DNA of 64,000 bases, taken from the NCBI GenBank assembly GCA_043228905.1, contig JBHGNT010000011.1:1488001-1552000 (forward strand), read 5' to 3'. The translations under genes and the position numbers were made by a program. How positions within the stretch are numbered: position 1 is the first letter of the stretch; each line of letters opens with the position of its first letter. Of this stretch, positions 34,865 to 48,904 are shown one piece after another. The stretch is from Azolla caroliniana (lineage: Eukaryota; Plantae; Polypodiophyta). The notes under the pieces are model-generated. The model did not search any database and was not told where the DNA came from. It saw only the letters and a list, made by a program, of their open reading frames with translations.

Positions 34865-37782
34865 ACGGAAGGTCCTCGAGCGGATTCTCGACAGCAAGGT
34901 GGAGCTGTCGCTGAGGGAGGTGCTCGGAATCGCCAAGAAGGAGTTCCATGACTCCATTGTGGACTTGGTGAAGCGAAAGCGGCTCTCGATGGAACCGGAG
35001 CCGGAGAAGCCCGTGGAGGTGCGGACAACGCACCTAGAAGACACGGCCCTAGAGGATGAGTTGGTGACGCAAAGCCGCATTGGGCCAAAGCCACCACAGA
35101 GATGCTTGTCCGGGTCGGGGACGTGCAGGAGCCGGTGGTTGCATTGATAGACCAAGGCTCGGAGATCAACCTGATGTCCATGGACTTCTACAAGAAGGGG
35201 AGGTGGCCGATCAACACCAAGCACGGCTAGAAGATACGCGTGGCGACCTGCGCTACGGCGGAGTTGCACGGGGCGTGCCCGAATGTACGCGTTGAGATCG
35301 ATCAACACTTTTTCATGCAGGAGACGTCTCGCACCCGGTGATACTCGGAGAGTCGTACATTACGGCAGCGTGTATGGAGACAAGGGTATTGGATAATGGT
35401 TCGGCATACGCACGCGTAAAGAGCCAAGATGGACGGCACTCCATCCAATTCTTGACCATACGACCGAACCATGAGAGGAACCGCGAAACCCTCCGCAGCG
35501 GCGAACGAGGGGATTTTTAGAGAGGACTATCAAGGCGTGGGGCCGCGATTGTCCGGACACCCTGGAGGATCCCCACACATGTACCATAGATAGGAAATTT
35601 TGGTTCTCCGATAACAGAGGTTGTACTATAGCTGGCATCAATGGCCGGGAAAAGAAGCAAGCGGAAGAAAGACTCAGGGCATACAGAGTCCTCAGCCCTG
35701 GCGAAGAGATTGGCAGTTCGGTGGAGGCGGTCTCCTTTGATGACACCTTGGGAGAATTACGCGAGGTTGTCAAAGGAGGCCTTAATGAAGACTTGGCAGT
35801 TCCAGTTAGTTCAATGGAGATGTATGAAGTCATCGCTGACTTCGAGGAAAGGGTCGGGTCCGGTCGGATGGCCCACGTGGATACCAAGTACAAGACTATG
35901 GACCGGAAGGTGAGGCCAGTCACGGCACCCTTGCCGAAGGGCAGTGGAGAACAGATAAAGGGGGTCGCGTTGGACCCAAGTTTACGTCAACCGGTCGGCA
36001 TAGGGCACCGATTCACCAACGTAACACTATGGGAGCTCAAGGTCGGTTGGGGTGGGTTTCTATTGCCGGCGGAAGAGGACCAGTTTCGGAGGATGCTCGG
36101 ATGGCACAAGAAAAGCCTTCGCATTCTCGCCGGAGGAGATCGAGTGCATAGACCCGACGATCGTGGAGCCGATGGTGATATTCACGGTGCCACATGTGCC
36201 GTGGAATCTCAAGCCGATTCCGGTACCCAGAGCTCACATCCCGAAGTTGATGGAGCTACTGAAGCAAAAGGTGGAGATGGGCATCCTCGAACCATCGAAC
36301 GCCCCATATTCGAATCGGTGGTTTACCATGCCAAAGAAGAACGGCACATTGTGCTTCATTCAAAACCTGCAACTAGTCAACAGGGTGACCATTCATAATG
36401 CAGGTATCGGACTGACGATAGATGAGTTCACGGAAGCATTCACCGGAAGGTCAATCTATTCAGTCAGTGATCTGTACTCGGGGTACGATCAGTTCCAACT
36501 AGTCATGGAGAGCAGGGATATTACGACGATAAGGACCCCTCTCGGCTTAGTGCGGATGTGTACCCTGCCACAAGGAGGGACAAACTTGGTGGCGCACATG
36601 GTGAATGTGATGAACAAGGTGTTGAGGGACTGCATCCCAAACATCACCATGCCATTCCTAGACGACATCCTGATCAAAGGATGTCCGGTGGAGGACAAGG
36701 ACGAGGCGGTTGGGCCGGATGGATTCCGGAGGTTCGTCGCGGACCACATTAATGACTGCGAGAAGGTGCGGCAAAAGTTGGAGGACGCGCGGCTCACCTT
36801 CTCCAGGGAGAAATCGGCTTTTGGGCAATCGGAGATCTTGGTAGTCAGGCACTTGTGTGGACCCTATGGCCGGAAACCGTCTCCGACGAAGGTGGAGGCC
36901 ATCTCTGCGATGAGGGACGAATGTGGGTCGGTAACGAAGGTCTGAAGGTTCTTGGGGGCATGTCCGTTCTATCATATCTGGATTCCACACTACGCACACG
37001 TCGCGGAACCACTCTACGGGCTGCTAAAAAAGGGGCGTAATTTCGAATGGGGGAAGGAGCATACGGAGACGATCCGGAGACTGAAGGAAGCGCTTACTAC
37101 AGCACCGGCTCTCCGGAAAGCGGTTTACGGCAAGGAGGTCCCAATCTACGTAACCGTAGATACGAGCCCAACCGGGATAGGATGGGTAATCAATCAGGAG
37201 GACGAGAGCGGCACACGGTTCCTGATCCGGTTCGGGGCGAAGGTTCTTAGTGAGTGATAGCGAGGATACGCCCAAGTTAAGCGCGAACTATGGGGTATCA
37301 TTTCAGCGATCAAGACCGATAAAGACTACTTGATAGGGACAGAAGTAATCATCAAGACAAACTGCCTGCCGATCCTTGGTATGGTTTCTGGATGTGCGAC
37401 TCCGGACTTGGCAATGCATAGGTGGATCGCGTACCTTAAGTCCCTAGATCTAGAGATACGACACATCTCCGGAAAGGACAACACCATGGCCGATATGCTT
37501 TCTAGAGCGCGGTTCGACGATGAGAATGGCATGGTTTCGGAGGACGAAGAAGTCGGTGTAGACTTCTTCGAGTCGGCTTGCGTAGTGACAAGGGCAGGGA
37601 GCACTCCGGCGCTTAACGAGTTCAACGAGAGCGAGTACGACGGGGAGTGGCTCCAAATTGGAAGGTTCCTAAGGACAATGACGTCGGATGCGCCATGGAC
37701 CAAAGAGGAGGCTAACCGAATCCGGAAGAAAGCATACCGATTCTTCCTACGGGACGGAAGTATATGGAAGCTCCCAAACAAG
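34865..37782 (+). pseudogene. pol: Protease, frameshift site, RT and RNase H of G
   Basis: Colinear with J 26793-29770, multiple stops and frameshifts. Confidence 0.93.
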
Positions 37783-38498
37783 TGTTAGGAAACAGGTCCC
37801 TCCAGATGGTAAATGAGAAGAACAATACTAATGAGCAAACTCGGCCGAGGCTGAAACCGGATGTCGAGTACCTGGAAATGGAAGACCCGGTGAGAACCGG
37901 ATGAGGAGTACCCAGCAAGAGCCGGACGGTGAAGACCCGGTGTGAACCGAATGAAGAGTACCAGGAAATGGAAGACCCGGTGAGAACCGGACGACGAGTA
38001 CCCGACAAGTGCCGGATGATGCAGGCCCGGTGAGGAGTGCTCACCAGATGAAGGGACATATTCGTAAATATGTTTCTGAGAGTCCATCGGGGCTATATTT
38101 GTAAATAGCCGAAAAGTCATATTAGTATAAATATGACTTAGGGCAAACAGAGAGTGTTGTAGTTGTCATTCTTGTTGGTGCAAGATTAGAGCGTGCAACC
38201 GTGTACAGAGAGAGAGAGAGAGGAAGAGGTCGTTGCCTCTGATTGTAACCGCCACCTGTGGCGAAGATAGCAAGCTCGAGGTTGTGGCCTCGGTGCTTTC
38301 TTATTGTACATTCTGACATAGTGATAGTTCGCAGTCTGTGGGTTGTCGTGGTTTTTACCGGGTTTGGGTTTTACACGTAAACATCCTGTGTACTCTTCTC
38401 TCTATTGTGTTGTGTTTTCCCTTCCCTGTTTTTCAGTGTTTTATTCTAGGCTCGGTTGTGGCCGAGCGTTATTCAACGGGAGCGTCTAGTTCTTGTCA
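37783..38498 (+). repeat. 5' LTR of K
   Basis: Direct repeat of 48187-48904. Confidence 0.95.
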
Positions 38499-38528
38499 AA
38501 GTGGTATCAGAGCAAAACGACACAGAAA

Positions 38529-41500
38529 ATGGACAATTCGTTGGGAGGTATGTTCAAGCTCACCGGCTCCAACTATTCGGTGTGGAAGTCGAAGATGAGG
38601 GACATGCTCGTGGTTAAAGATATTTGGTTGCCGGTTCAATTCGGGGACAAGAGACCAGACAAAATCGACGCCGCGATATGGGAGGTAATGCACATGAAGA
38701 CAACGGCCTACATACGGTGCTTCATCGACATGAGCCAATACAACAACTTCAATGAAGAGAGCAAGGCTCATGAGCTCTGGGAGAAGATCGGCATTATGTT
38801 TCAAAACAAAAATGTTGTTAACCAGGTTTCGGTATTCCAGAAGCTAGTAAGACTCTGGTACCAAGATGGCTCTAGCATGGCGGAGCACATGAATGCCTTC
38901 CAGGGGATGATCCACCAGGCAACATCATTGGAAGTACCTCTCGCCGATGAGGTACTGGCGCTACTCCTGCTCGGTTCGCTCCCGGATAGCTGGGAGACGT
39001 TGGTTGTCACTTTGGCAAACGCCTGGCCGGAAGGGAAACGGTTATCCCTAGCAAGAGTAAACTCGAGCCTGCTAGATGAGGAGGCGCGTTGAAAAAGATA
39101 AAGATACGAGCTCCGACTCCAAAGCGCTCCTTACCGAATCGGAACGCGGAAGACATAGAAACCATAGTCCCGAGAACCGGGAGAAGTCGGGGACACGGTC
39201 AAAGTCAAGCGGGAGGCCTACTTGCTTCTATTGCGGCAAGCCGGGACACTTCCAAAAGAACTGTCACTTTGGCAAACGCCTGGCCGGAAGGGAAACAGTT
39301 ATCCCTAGCAAGAGTGAAGTCAAGATTGCTAGATGAGGAGGCGCATCGGAAAGATAAGGATACGAGCTCTGATGTCAAAGCACTCCTTACCGAATAGGAA
39401 CGCGGAAGACAAAGAAACCGTAGTTCCCAGAACCGGGAAAAGTCGGGGACACGGTCAAAGTCAAGGGGGAGGCCTACTTGCTTCTATTGCGGCAAGCCGG
39501 GACACTTCCAGAAGAACTATCAGCATTTCCGGAAAGACAAGGAAACCGACAGTACCGATTCGAAGCGGACACCAGACTGAAACGGTAAAGACCGGAGGGG
39601 GCCGGAACGGAACGGAACGATGGCAATAGCGGAAAGTGAAGAAGAGTTGATGCTCATCACCGAGGAGAGTGAGCTAAACCTTGCCGGCGACGAGATGACC
39701 TGGGTGGTCGACTCCGGAGCGTCGTTCCACCTTACCCCGGACCAGAAATGCTTCTCATCCTACTCAGACGGTGATCACGGCTATGTCCGGATGGGGAATG
39801 AAGGTACATGTTGAATTGTCGGCATAGGAGACGTGTGGTTGACAACACCAACCGGATGCAAGATGTTGTTGAAGGATGTCTGACACGTTCCGGAGGTTCG
39901 TCTGAACCTGATATCAGCCGGTCGGCTAGATAATGAAGGCTACACGAGTAGCATCCGGAACGGTGTTATGAAGTTCAGCAAAGGGAGCCTGATTGTGGCT
40001 CGGGCCCGGAAGGTAAACACGTTGTACCTGATGAATGCCCGATTATGTCCGGAAGAAGTGAACGTGGCATCCGACACTGCCGGTGAGCTATGGCACAAGA
40101 GGTTGTGTCACATGAGCGAGAAGGGGATGAAGAAGCTTGCAGAAGACAACCTCATTCCAGTGAAGAACGTGCACTTGGAGAAGTGCACTGATTGTCTGGC
40201 CGGTAAACAAAACCGGACCTCCTTCCGATCGAGGCCACCGATGAGACGTAATGCACCACTGGAGTTGGTGCATACTAATGTGTGTCAAGTGGACACGAAG
40301 TCACATGCAGGATCGCAGTACTTCGTGACATTCATAGATGACCACAACCAGAAGCTGTGGGCCATACCGTTGAAGACGAAGGATCAGGTGCTATCCGTCT
40401 TCAGAGAGCTCCACGCGAGAGTGGAAAAAGAAACCGGCCGGAAGCTGAAGGCGGTTCGAGCAGATAACGGAGGAGAATACCGGAGGCAGTTCGAGGAGTA
40501 CTGCCACTCGAAGGTAATCCGGCTAGAATTTACAGTGCCGAAGACGCCGGAACTAAATGGGTTGGCCGAGAGGATGAACCGGACCATAATGGAGAGGGTC
40601 CGGAGTATGCTGGTGCATGCAAAACTACCCAAGGCGTTTTGAGTTGAGGCGCTATTGACAGCGATGTATGTGATAAACAGATCACCCTCAGTACCCTTGG
40701 ACGGAGACACGCCACAGAGAGTTTGGACCAGTAAGAAAGTGTCCTACCGGCATCTGAAGGTATTCGGGTGTCTCGCGTATGTGCATGTAGCTAAGGACCG
40801 GAGAGGAAAGTTAGATCCATAGACCCGGCCATGCATATTCCTCGGTTACGGCGACGATGAGTTCGGCTACCGAGTGTGGGACCCGGTCGACAAGAAGGTA
40901 TTCTGGAGTCGAGATATTATCTTCATGGAGGAGAAGACGCTCGTCGACTGGGAGTCGGAGAAGAAGATAATGAACTCCGAGTCGACCGCTAAGGATCGAT
41001 TCTACGATGAGTGGACCCAACCAGCAAGAGACCGGTTAGCACTTGAGGAACGAGCCGGTTACGGTGAGTATACCGAACCTGCAGAAGAAGAAGTAGAGGA
41101 AGATGAAACTGGAACCGGCCAAGACCCCGAATCGGATTCGGATGAAGAGCAAATGGAGGAGCCGGTTACAGAAGCCCAAAGACGGAGATATCCTCTCAGA
41201 GAGAGAAGGGCCCCCCGAAGATTTCTGGATTCAGAGCATGTGTTGCTGACCGATGAGGGAGAGCCGGAAAGCTTCGAAGAAGCGAAGGATGACACCCACA
41301 ACCGCAAATGGTTAAGTGCCATGCAAGATGAGATGGATTCCCTACATGAGAACCATACGTACAAATTGGTGGAGTTGCCGAAAGGAAAGCGGGCACTCCG
41401 AAACAAGTGGGTGTACAAGTTGAAACCGGGAGATGCCGGCAACCCCCCGAGATACAAAGCCAGGATCGTGGTGAAGGGATTCCAGCAAAAGAAGGGCGTA

Positions 41501-42709
41501 AACTTCGACGAGATATTTGCCCCGGTAGTAAAGATGACCTCCATCCGGATGGTGCTGAGTATAGCGGCAAGCATGGATCTCGAGGTAGAGCAGCTGGACG
41601 TGAAGACGGCATTCCTTCGTGGCGACCTTGAAGAGGAGATCTACATGCAGCAACCGGAAGGATTCGTTGAGAAAGGGAAGGAGCACCTTGTATGCCGGTT
41701 GAAGAAGAGCATGTACGGACTGAAGCAGGCTCCCCGACAATGGTACCGGAAGTTCGACTCCTTCATGACCGATCAAGGGTACCACAAGACGCGGGCCGAT
41801 CACTGCGTGTTTGTGAAGAAGTTCGGAGGAGGCGACTTCTTGATACTCCTTCTGTACGTGGACGACATGTTGATCGTCGGACGGGACCAAGCCAAAATAC
41901 GGATGCTGAAGAAGGCTCTCAACCGGACCTTCTCAATGAAAGACTTGGATCCGGCAAGACAGATGTTGGGGATGCATATCATCCGGAACCGGCCAACGAA
42001 GCAGTTGTGGCTGTCACAGGAGAAGTACGTGACAAAGGTGCTTCAGCGGATCAACATGTCAGATGCGAAACCGGTCGGATCGACACTTCCGGCAAACTGC
42101 AAGTTATCCGGTAAGAAAAAGCCTGACGACGAAAGCAGAGAAGGCTGATATGATGAAGGTTCCATATGCATCTGCCGTCGGGAGTTAATGTACGCAATGG
42201 TGTGTACCCGACCGGATATAGGATACGCGGTCGGAGTGGTGAGCCGGTTTATGAGCAATCCCGGCAAGGAGCACTGGAACGCGGTCAAATGGATACTCCG
42301 GTACTTAAAGGGCACTTCGAACATGTGTCTCCAATTCGGCTCCGGTAAACCTCAACTTGACGGTTTTACCGACTCGGACATGTCGGCTGATGTAGATACC
42401 AACCGGTCTACATCCGGGTACGTAATGACATATGCAGGGGGAGTTGTTTCGTGGCAGTCGAGGCTGTAGAAGACGATTGTGTTGTCATCCACGGAAGCGG
42501 AGTACATGGCGGTTGTGGAAGCCGGCAAGGAAATATTATGGATGAAGGACTTCATCGGTGAGCTCGGTATCTAGCAAGATGAATACGGGCTCTATTGCGA
42601 CAGTCAAAGTGCCATCCACCTTGCAAAGAATGCCGCCTACCATTCCCGGACGAAGCATATCCAGCGTAGGTATCACTGGATCCGAGAAAGAGTAGATGAC
42701 CAAGAGTTC
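38529..42709 (+). pseudogene. gag-pol: Copia gag-pol of K (end resumes at 48049-48176)
   Basis: Same motifs as B and L; many stops; 257-bp duplication in gag. Confidence 0.94.
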
Positions 42710-43293
42710 TGTTGGGATTTCGGTCCCTCCGAATGGGATGTCCGGAGATGAATGACGGCAAGCCTGGACCCGGCTACGGAGCCGGATGACGAAGACCCCG
42801 GCTACGGAGCCGGATGATGAATGTACCCGGAGAGAGATCCGGATGCGGGGACATATTTATGAATATGTTTGCCAAGGGCCCTTGAGGCTATAGTTGTAAA
42901 TAGCCCTAAAGTCATATGTGTATAAATATGACTTAGGGCAAACAGTTTTACTGTCGCTACTCATTTTTCTGTTTTTCCACTCAAGAGGAGTGAAGAGAGA
43001 GCAGCCGTGAGAGAGATAGAGCGTGAGAGAGGAAGAGGTCGACGCCTCTGTGTAATACCGCCGCCTGTGGCGAGGACAGCGAGCTCAAGGTCGTCGCCTT
43101 GCAGCTCGCCATTGTATATTTCTCTGTGCATAGTTTTGGTTCGGAGTCTTGTACTCCCGTGGTTTTTCCCCGTACAGGGTTTTCCACGATAAATCGTGTG
43201 TTCGCATTTCCCATTTTTCTGCAACAACGATTCGTGTGTTTCCTTGGTTGTGGCCGAGAGGTGAAGTTTGGAAAGTGTTGTTTATTTCCATCA
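42710..43293 (+). repeat. 5' LTR of L (584 bp, two 28-bp units)
   Basis: Direct repeat of 47409-48048. Confidence 0.97.
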
Positions 43294-43324
43294 ATTTGGT
43301 ATCAGAGCGAGCTGCTGCAGAAAA

Positions 43325-46300
43325 ATGGAAGGCGGCGGCAGCGGGCAGCCGGGGATGATGGTGCTGAATGCGCAGAACTACGCCGACTGGAAGATCAAGA
43401 TGGAGGATCTTCTGATTGTTCGGGACCTGTACGAACCGATTGACAGGTCGGAAATACCGAAGGGGGTACTTGAGTCGGAATGGAGGCTTCTGAACCGGAA
43501 AGCCGTTGCAACCATTCGGCAATACGTCGACGTGAGCGTTCTACAACATGTGGCGAACGACACCAACGCATATGAGATGTGGCGGAAGCTGTCGGGCCTC
43601 TACGAGAGGAAGAATGCGTTGAACCGGACCTCCCTGATGAGGAAGATAGTGAACCTCAAGTACCGGGACGGCGAGAGTATGGTGGAACACGTAAGCACGT
43701 TCATGGGATTCGTGAACCAGCTTGCGGCGATCAAGTTCCCGTTGGAGGATGCAATGCAAGCCATCATCCTGATGTGTACATTGCCGGAAAGCTGGGAGAA
43801 CTTGGTGGTGACTCTCAGCACCTCCTGCACCGAAGATAACTTGTCCCTACAAACGGTAAAGACAAGTATTTTGAACGAAGAAGCGCGTCGGAGAGATAAA
43901 GAACCGGCCTCCGACTCGAAGGCGCTGCTTACCAAATCGGAACGGGGAAGACAACGGAACCGGAGCCCGCAAAGACGGGAGAAGTCGGGTACCCGGTCGC
44001 AGTCAAGAGGAAGGTCCACATGCTTCCACTGTGGGAAGCCGGGGCACTTCCGGAAGAATTGTCGGCATTACCGAAAGGACAACGGAGCCGACGACACCGA
44101 TTCGAAGAAGTCACCGGAGCGAAACGGTGTATACCGGGGAGCCACGGACCGGAGGGGTCCGGATCGGCGAGGGCAGGACCGGAAAGGAACGACGGCACTC
44201 GCGGCAAGTGAAGAAGAGATAATGCTCATTACCGAAGAGAGGGAGCTGAACCTTGCCGGTGAAGAGATGACCTGGGTGGTCGATTCCGGAGCGTCGTTCC
44301 ACCTAACCCCGGAGAAGAAATACTTCTCATCCTACACAGCCGGTGAGCATGGCTGTGTCCGGATGGGAAATGAAGGTACATGCCGGATTGCCGGCATAGG
44401 AGACGTGTGGCTGATGACATCAACCGGATGCAAGATGCTGTTGAAGGATGTTCGACACGTTCCGGAGGTTCGATTGAACCTGATTTCGGCCGGGAGGCTA
44501 GACGATGAAGGCTACACGGGTAGCATCCGGAACGGTGTCATGAAGTTCAGCAAAGGGAGCCTGATAGTGGCACGGGCCCGGAAAGTCAACACACTGTACC
44601 TGATGAATTCCCGGCTATGTCCGGAGGAGCTGAACGTGGCAGCTGACACTGCCGGTGAGCTATGGCACAAGAGACTGTGCCACATGAGCGAGAAGGGGAT
44701 GAAGAGGCTTGCCGAAGACAACCTGATACCGGTAAAGCATGTACACTTGGGGAAGTGTACCGACTGTCTGGCCGGTAAGCAGAACCGGACCTCCTTCCAC
44801 TCAAGGCCACCGACGAGACGTAGCGCACCATTGGAGTTGGTGCACACTGACGTGTGCCAAGTAGAAACGAAGTCACATGGCGGAGCCCAGTACTTCGTGA
44901 CATTCATAGATGACCACAGCCGGAAGCTGTGGACGGCACCGCTGAAGACAAAGGACCAAGTATTGTCTGTCTTCAAAGAACTCCACGCGAGAGTGGAAAG
45001 AGAATCCGGCAAGAAGCTGAAAGCGATACGAGCGGATAACGGAGGAGAATACCGAGGGCAATTTGAGGAGTATTGCCGTTCGAAGGGAATCCGGCTCGAG
45101 TTTACAGTGCCGAAGACGCCGGAACTGAACGGGCTGGCCGAGAGGATGAACCGGACCATAATGGAGAAGGTCCGGAGTATGCTGGCGCATGCGAAATTAC
45201 CCAAGGGGTTTTGGGCTGAGGCAATGTCGACGGCGACATACGTGATTAACAGATCACCCTCAGTACCTTTGGACGGAGACACGCCGCAGAGAGTGTGGAC
45301 CGGTAGGGAAGTGTCCTACCGGCATCTGAAGGTGTTCGGGTGTCTCGCATACGTGCATGTGGCAAAGGACCGGAGAGGAAAGCTAGATCCAAAGACCCGG
45401 CCATGCATATTCCTCGGTTACGGCGACGACGAGTTCGGCTACCGAGTATGGGACCCGGTCGACAAGAAGATATTCAGGAGTCGAGACATCATCTTCATGG
45501 AGGACAAGACACTCGCCGACTGGGAGTCGGAGAAGAAGATGAAGAGCTCCAAGTCGACCGGTGAGGATCAACTCTACGAGGAGCAGTCCCGACCGGCAAG
45601 GGACCGGTTAACACTTGAAGATCCGGCCGAAGACGGTGAAGAAGCAGAACCGGCCGAAGAAGATGAAAATGATACCGGAACCGGCCCCGATCCCGAAATG
45701 GATTCGGATGAAGAAGAATCGGAAGAACCGGTTACCGAAGCTCCGGAACGGAGATATCCTCTAAGAGAGAGAAGGGCCCCCCGGAGATTTCCGGAACCAG
45801 AGCACGTGCTGCTAACCGACGAGGGGGAGCTGGAGAGCTTTGAAGAAGCGAAGCATGACACTCATAGCCGCAGGTGGTTAAGTGCCATGCAGGAGGAGAT
45901 GGATTCCCTGCATGAGAGCCACACATATGAACTTGTGGAGTTGCCGAAAGGAAAACGGGCACTCCGTAACAAGTGGGTGTTCAAGCTGAAACCGGGAGAT
46001 GCCGGAAACCTCCCGAGATACAAAGCCAGGATCGTGGTGAAGGGGTTCCAGCAGAAGAAGGGCATCGACTTCGACGAGATATTTGCCCCGGTAGTGAAGA
46101 TGACCTCCATCCGGACGGTGCTGAGCATAGCGGCAAGCATGGACCTCGAGGTAGAACAGATGGACGTGAAGACAGCATTCCTTCACGGTGACCTCGAAGA
46201 AGAGATCTACATGCAGCAACCGGAAGGATTCGAGAAGAAAGGGAAGGAGCACCTGGTATGCCGGTTGAAGAAGAGCCTTTATGGACTGAAGCAGGCTCCC

Positions 46301-47398
46301 CGGCAGTGGTACCGGAAGTTCGACTCCTTCATGACCGACAAAGGGTACCACAAAACGCAGTCCGATCACTGCGTGTTTTTGAAGAAGTTCGAAGGAGGAG
46401 ACTTTCTAATACTCCTCCTATACGTGGACGACATGTTGATCGTCGGACGGGACTAGGTCAAGATACGGATGCTGAAGAAGGCTCTTCACCGAACCTTCTC
46501 AATGAAGGACCTGGGTCCGGCGAGGCAAATACTAGGGATGCACATCATCCGGGACCGGAAGAAGAAGCAGTTGTGGCTGTCACAGGAGAAGTACGTGACA
46601 AAGGTGCTTCAACGGTTCAACATGTCGGAAGCAAGACCAGTCGGGTCGACTCTCCTGGCAAACTGCAAGCTGTCCAACAAGCAAAGTCCCAAGACAAAGG
46701 CTGAAAAGGAGGATATGATGAAAGTACCATATGCCTCCGCCGTCGAAAGCTTGATGTACGCAATGGTGTGTACAAGACCGGACATAGGATATGCAGTCGG
46801 AGTGGTGAGCCGGTACATGAGCAATCCCGGCAAGGAGCACTGGAATGCGGTCAAGTGGATACTCCGATACCTAAAGGGCACGGCAAACGTGTGCCTCCGA
46901 TTCGGCTCCGGTAAGCCCGAACTCGACGGCTTTACCGATTCGGATATGTCGGCTGATGCAGATACCAGCCGGTCCACATCAGGGTATGTGATGACGTATG
47001 CAGGGGGAGTTGTTTCGTGGCAGTCGAGGTTGCAGAAGACGGTTGCGTTGTCAACCACGGAGGCGGAGTACATGGCGGCTGTTGAAGCCGGCAAGGAAAT
47101 AATATGGATGAAGGACTTCATTAGAGAGCTCGGGATCCGGCAGGAGGAGTACCGACTCTACTGCGATAGTCAGAGTGCCATCCACCTTGCAAAGAACGCG
47201 GCCTACCATTCCCGGACGAAACACATCCAGCGTAGATACCACTGGATCCGGGAAAGGATAGAAGACAAGGAGTTCGTGCTGACGAAAATCCACACGGACG
47301 AGAACGGGTCGGATATGCTGACCAAGGTGCTCACACCCGACAAGCTGGAAGCATGCCAGAAGAGGATCGGATTGGAGAGACATCCCATGCCGAAGTGA
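43325..47398 (+). pseudogene. gag-pol: Copia Gag-Pol of L, a single in-frame TAG at 46454-46456
   Basis: The 1062-aa and 309-aa ORFs share a frame; B and K have CAA at this codon. Confidence 0.96.
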
Positions 47399-47408
47399 AG
47401 GGGGAGTT

Positions 47409-48048
47409 TGTTGGGATTTCGGTCCCTCCGAATGGGATGTCCGGAGATGAATGACGGCAAGCCTGGACCCGGCTACGGAGCCGGATGATGAAGACCCCGG
47501 CTACGGAGCCGGATGACGAAGACCCCGGCTACGGAGCCGGATGACGAAGACCCCGGCTACGGAGCCGGATGATGAATGTACCCGGAGAGAGATCCGGATG
47601 CGGGGACATATTTATGAATATGTTTGCCAAGGGCCCTTGAGGCTATAGTTGTAAATAGCCCTAAAGTCATATGTGTATAAATATGACTTAGGGCAAACAG
47701 TTTTACTGTCGCTACTCATTTTTCTGTTTTTCCACTCAAGAGGAGTGAAGAGAGAGCAGCCGTGAGAGAGATAGAGCGTGAGAGAGGAAGAGGTCGACGC
47801 CTCTGTGTAATACCGCCGCCTGTGGCGAGGACAGCGAGCTCAAGGTCGTCGCCTTGCAGCTCGCCATTGTATATTTCTCTGTGCATAGTTTTGGTTCGGA
47901 GTCTTGTACTCCCGTGGTTTTTCCCCGTACAGGGTTTTCCACGATAAATCGTGTGTTCGCATTTCCCATTTTTCTGCAACAACGATTCGTGTGTTTCCTT
48001 GGTTGTGGCCGAGAGGTGAAGTTTGGAAAGTGTCGTTTATTTCCATCA
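47409..48048 (+). repeat. 3' LTR of L (640 bp, four 28-bp units)
   Basis: TGTTGG..CATCA followed by the TSD. Confidence 0.97.
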
Positions 48049-48186
48049 AGTTCGCGCTGACGAAGATCCACACGGCCGAGAACGGGTCAAATATGCTGAC
48101 CAAAGTGCTAACACCCGACAAGCTGGATGCATGCCAAAAGCGGATCGGACTGGTAAGACATCCCATGCCAGAGTGAAGGGGGAGTT

Positions 48187-48904
48187 TGTTAGGAAACAGG
48201 TCCCTCCGGATGGGAAATGAGAAGAACAATACTGATGAGCAAACTCGGTCGAGGCCGAAACCGGATGTCGAGTACCCGGAAATGGAAGACCTGGTGAGAA
48301 CCGGATGAGGAGTACTTGGCAAGAGCCGGACGGTGAAGACCCGGTGTGAACCGGATGAAGAGTACCCGGAAACGGAAGACCCGGTGAGAACCGGACGACG
48401 AGTACTCGGCAAGCGCCGGATGATGCAGGCCCGGTGAGGAGTGCTCACCGGATGAAGGGACATATTCGTAAATATGTTTCTGAGAGTCCATCGGGGCTTT
48501 ATTTGTAAATAGCCGAAAAGTCATATTAGTTTAAATATGACTTAGGGCAAACAGAGAGGGTTGTAGTTGTCATTCTTGTTGGCGCAAGATTAGAGCGTGC
48601 AACCGTGTACAGAGAGCGTGAGAGAGAGGAAGAGGTCGTTGCCTCTGATTGTAACCGCCACCTATGGCGAAGATAGCAAGCTCAAGGTCATGGCCTTGGT
48701 GCTTTCTTATTGTACATTCTAACATTGTGATAGTTCGCGGTCTGTGGGTTGCCGTGGTTTTTTCCGAGTTGCGGTTTTCCACGTAAACATCCTGAGTACT
48801 CTTCTCTCTATTGTGTTGTGTTTTTCCTTCCCTGTTTTTCTGTGTTTTATTCTAGGCTCGGTTGTGGCCGAGCGTTGTTCAACAGGAGCGTCTAGTTCTT
48901 GTCA
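48187..48904 (+). repeat. 3' LTR of K
   Basis: TGTTAG..TGTCA after the PPT. Confidence 0.95.

Larger units (their letters stand above)
42710..48048 (+). mobile_element. Ty1/copia element L, very young
   Basis: LTRs 42710-43293 / 47409-48048, TSD AGTTC, PBS 43297-43308, PPT GAAGGGGGAG. Confidence 0.98.
37783..48904 (+). mobile_element. Ty1/copia element K (internal region close to B); hosts L
   Basis: LTRs 37783-38498 / 48187-48904, TSD ACAAG/AGAAG (1 mismatch), PBS 38502-38513, PPT GAAGGGGGAG. Confidence 0.96.

Noticed and set aside
46454-46456. Programmed stop read-through in L
   Set aside because: Lies within RT just after YVDD; B and K have Gln, so it is a simple nonsense mutation.
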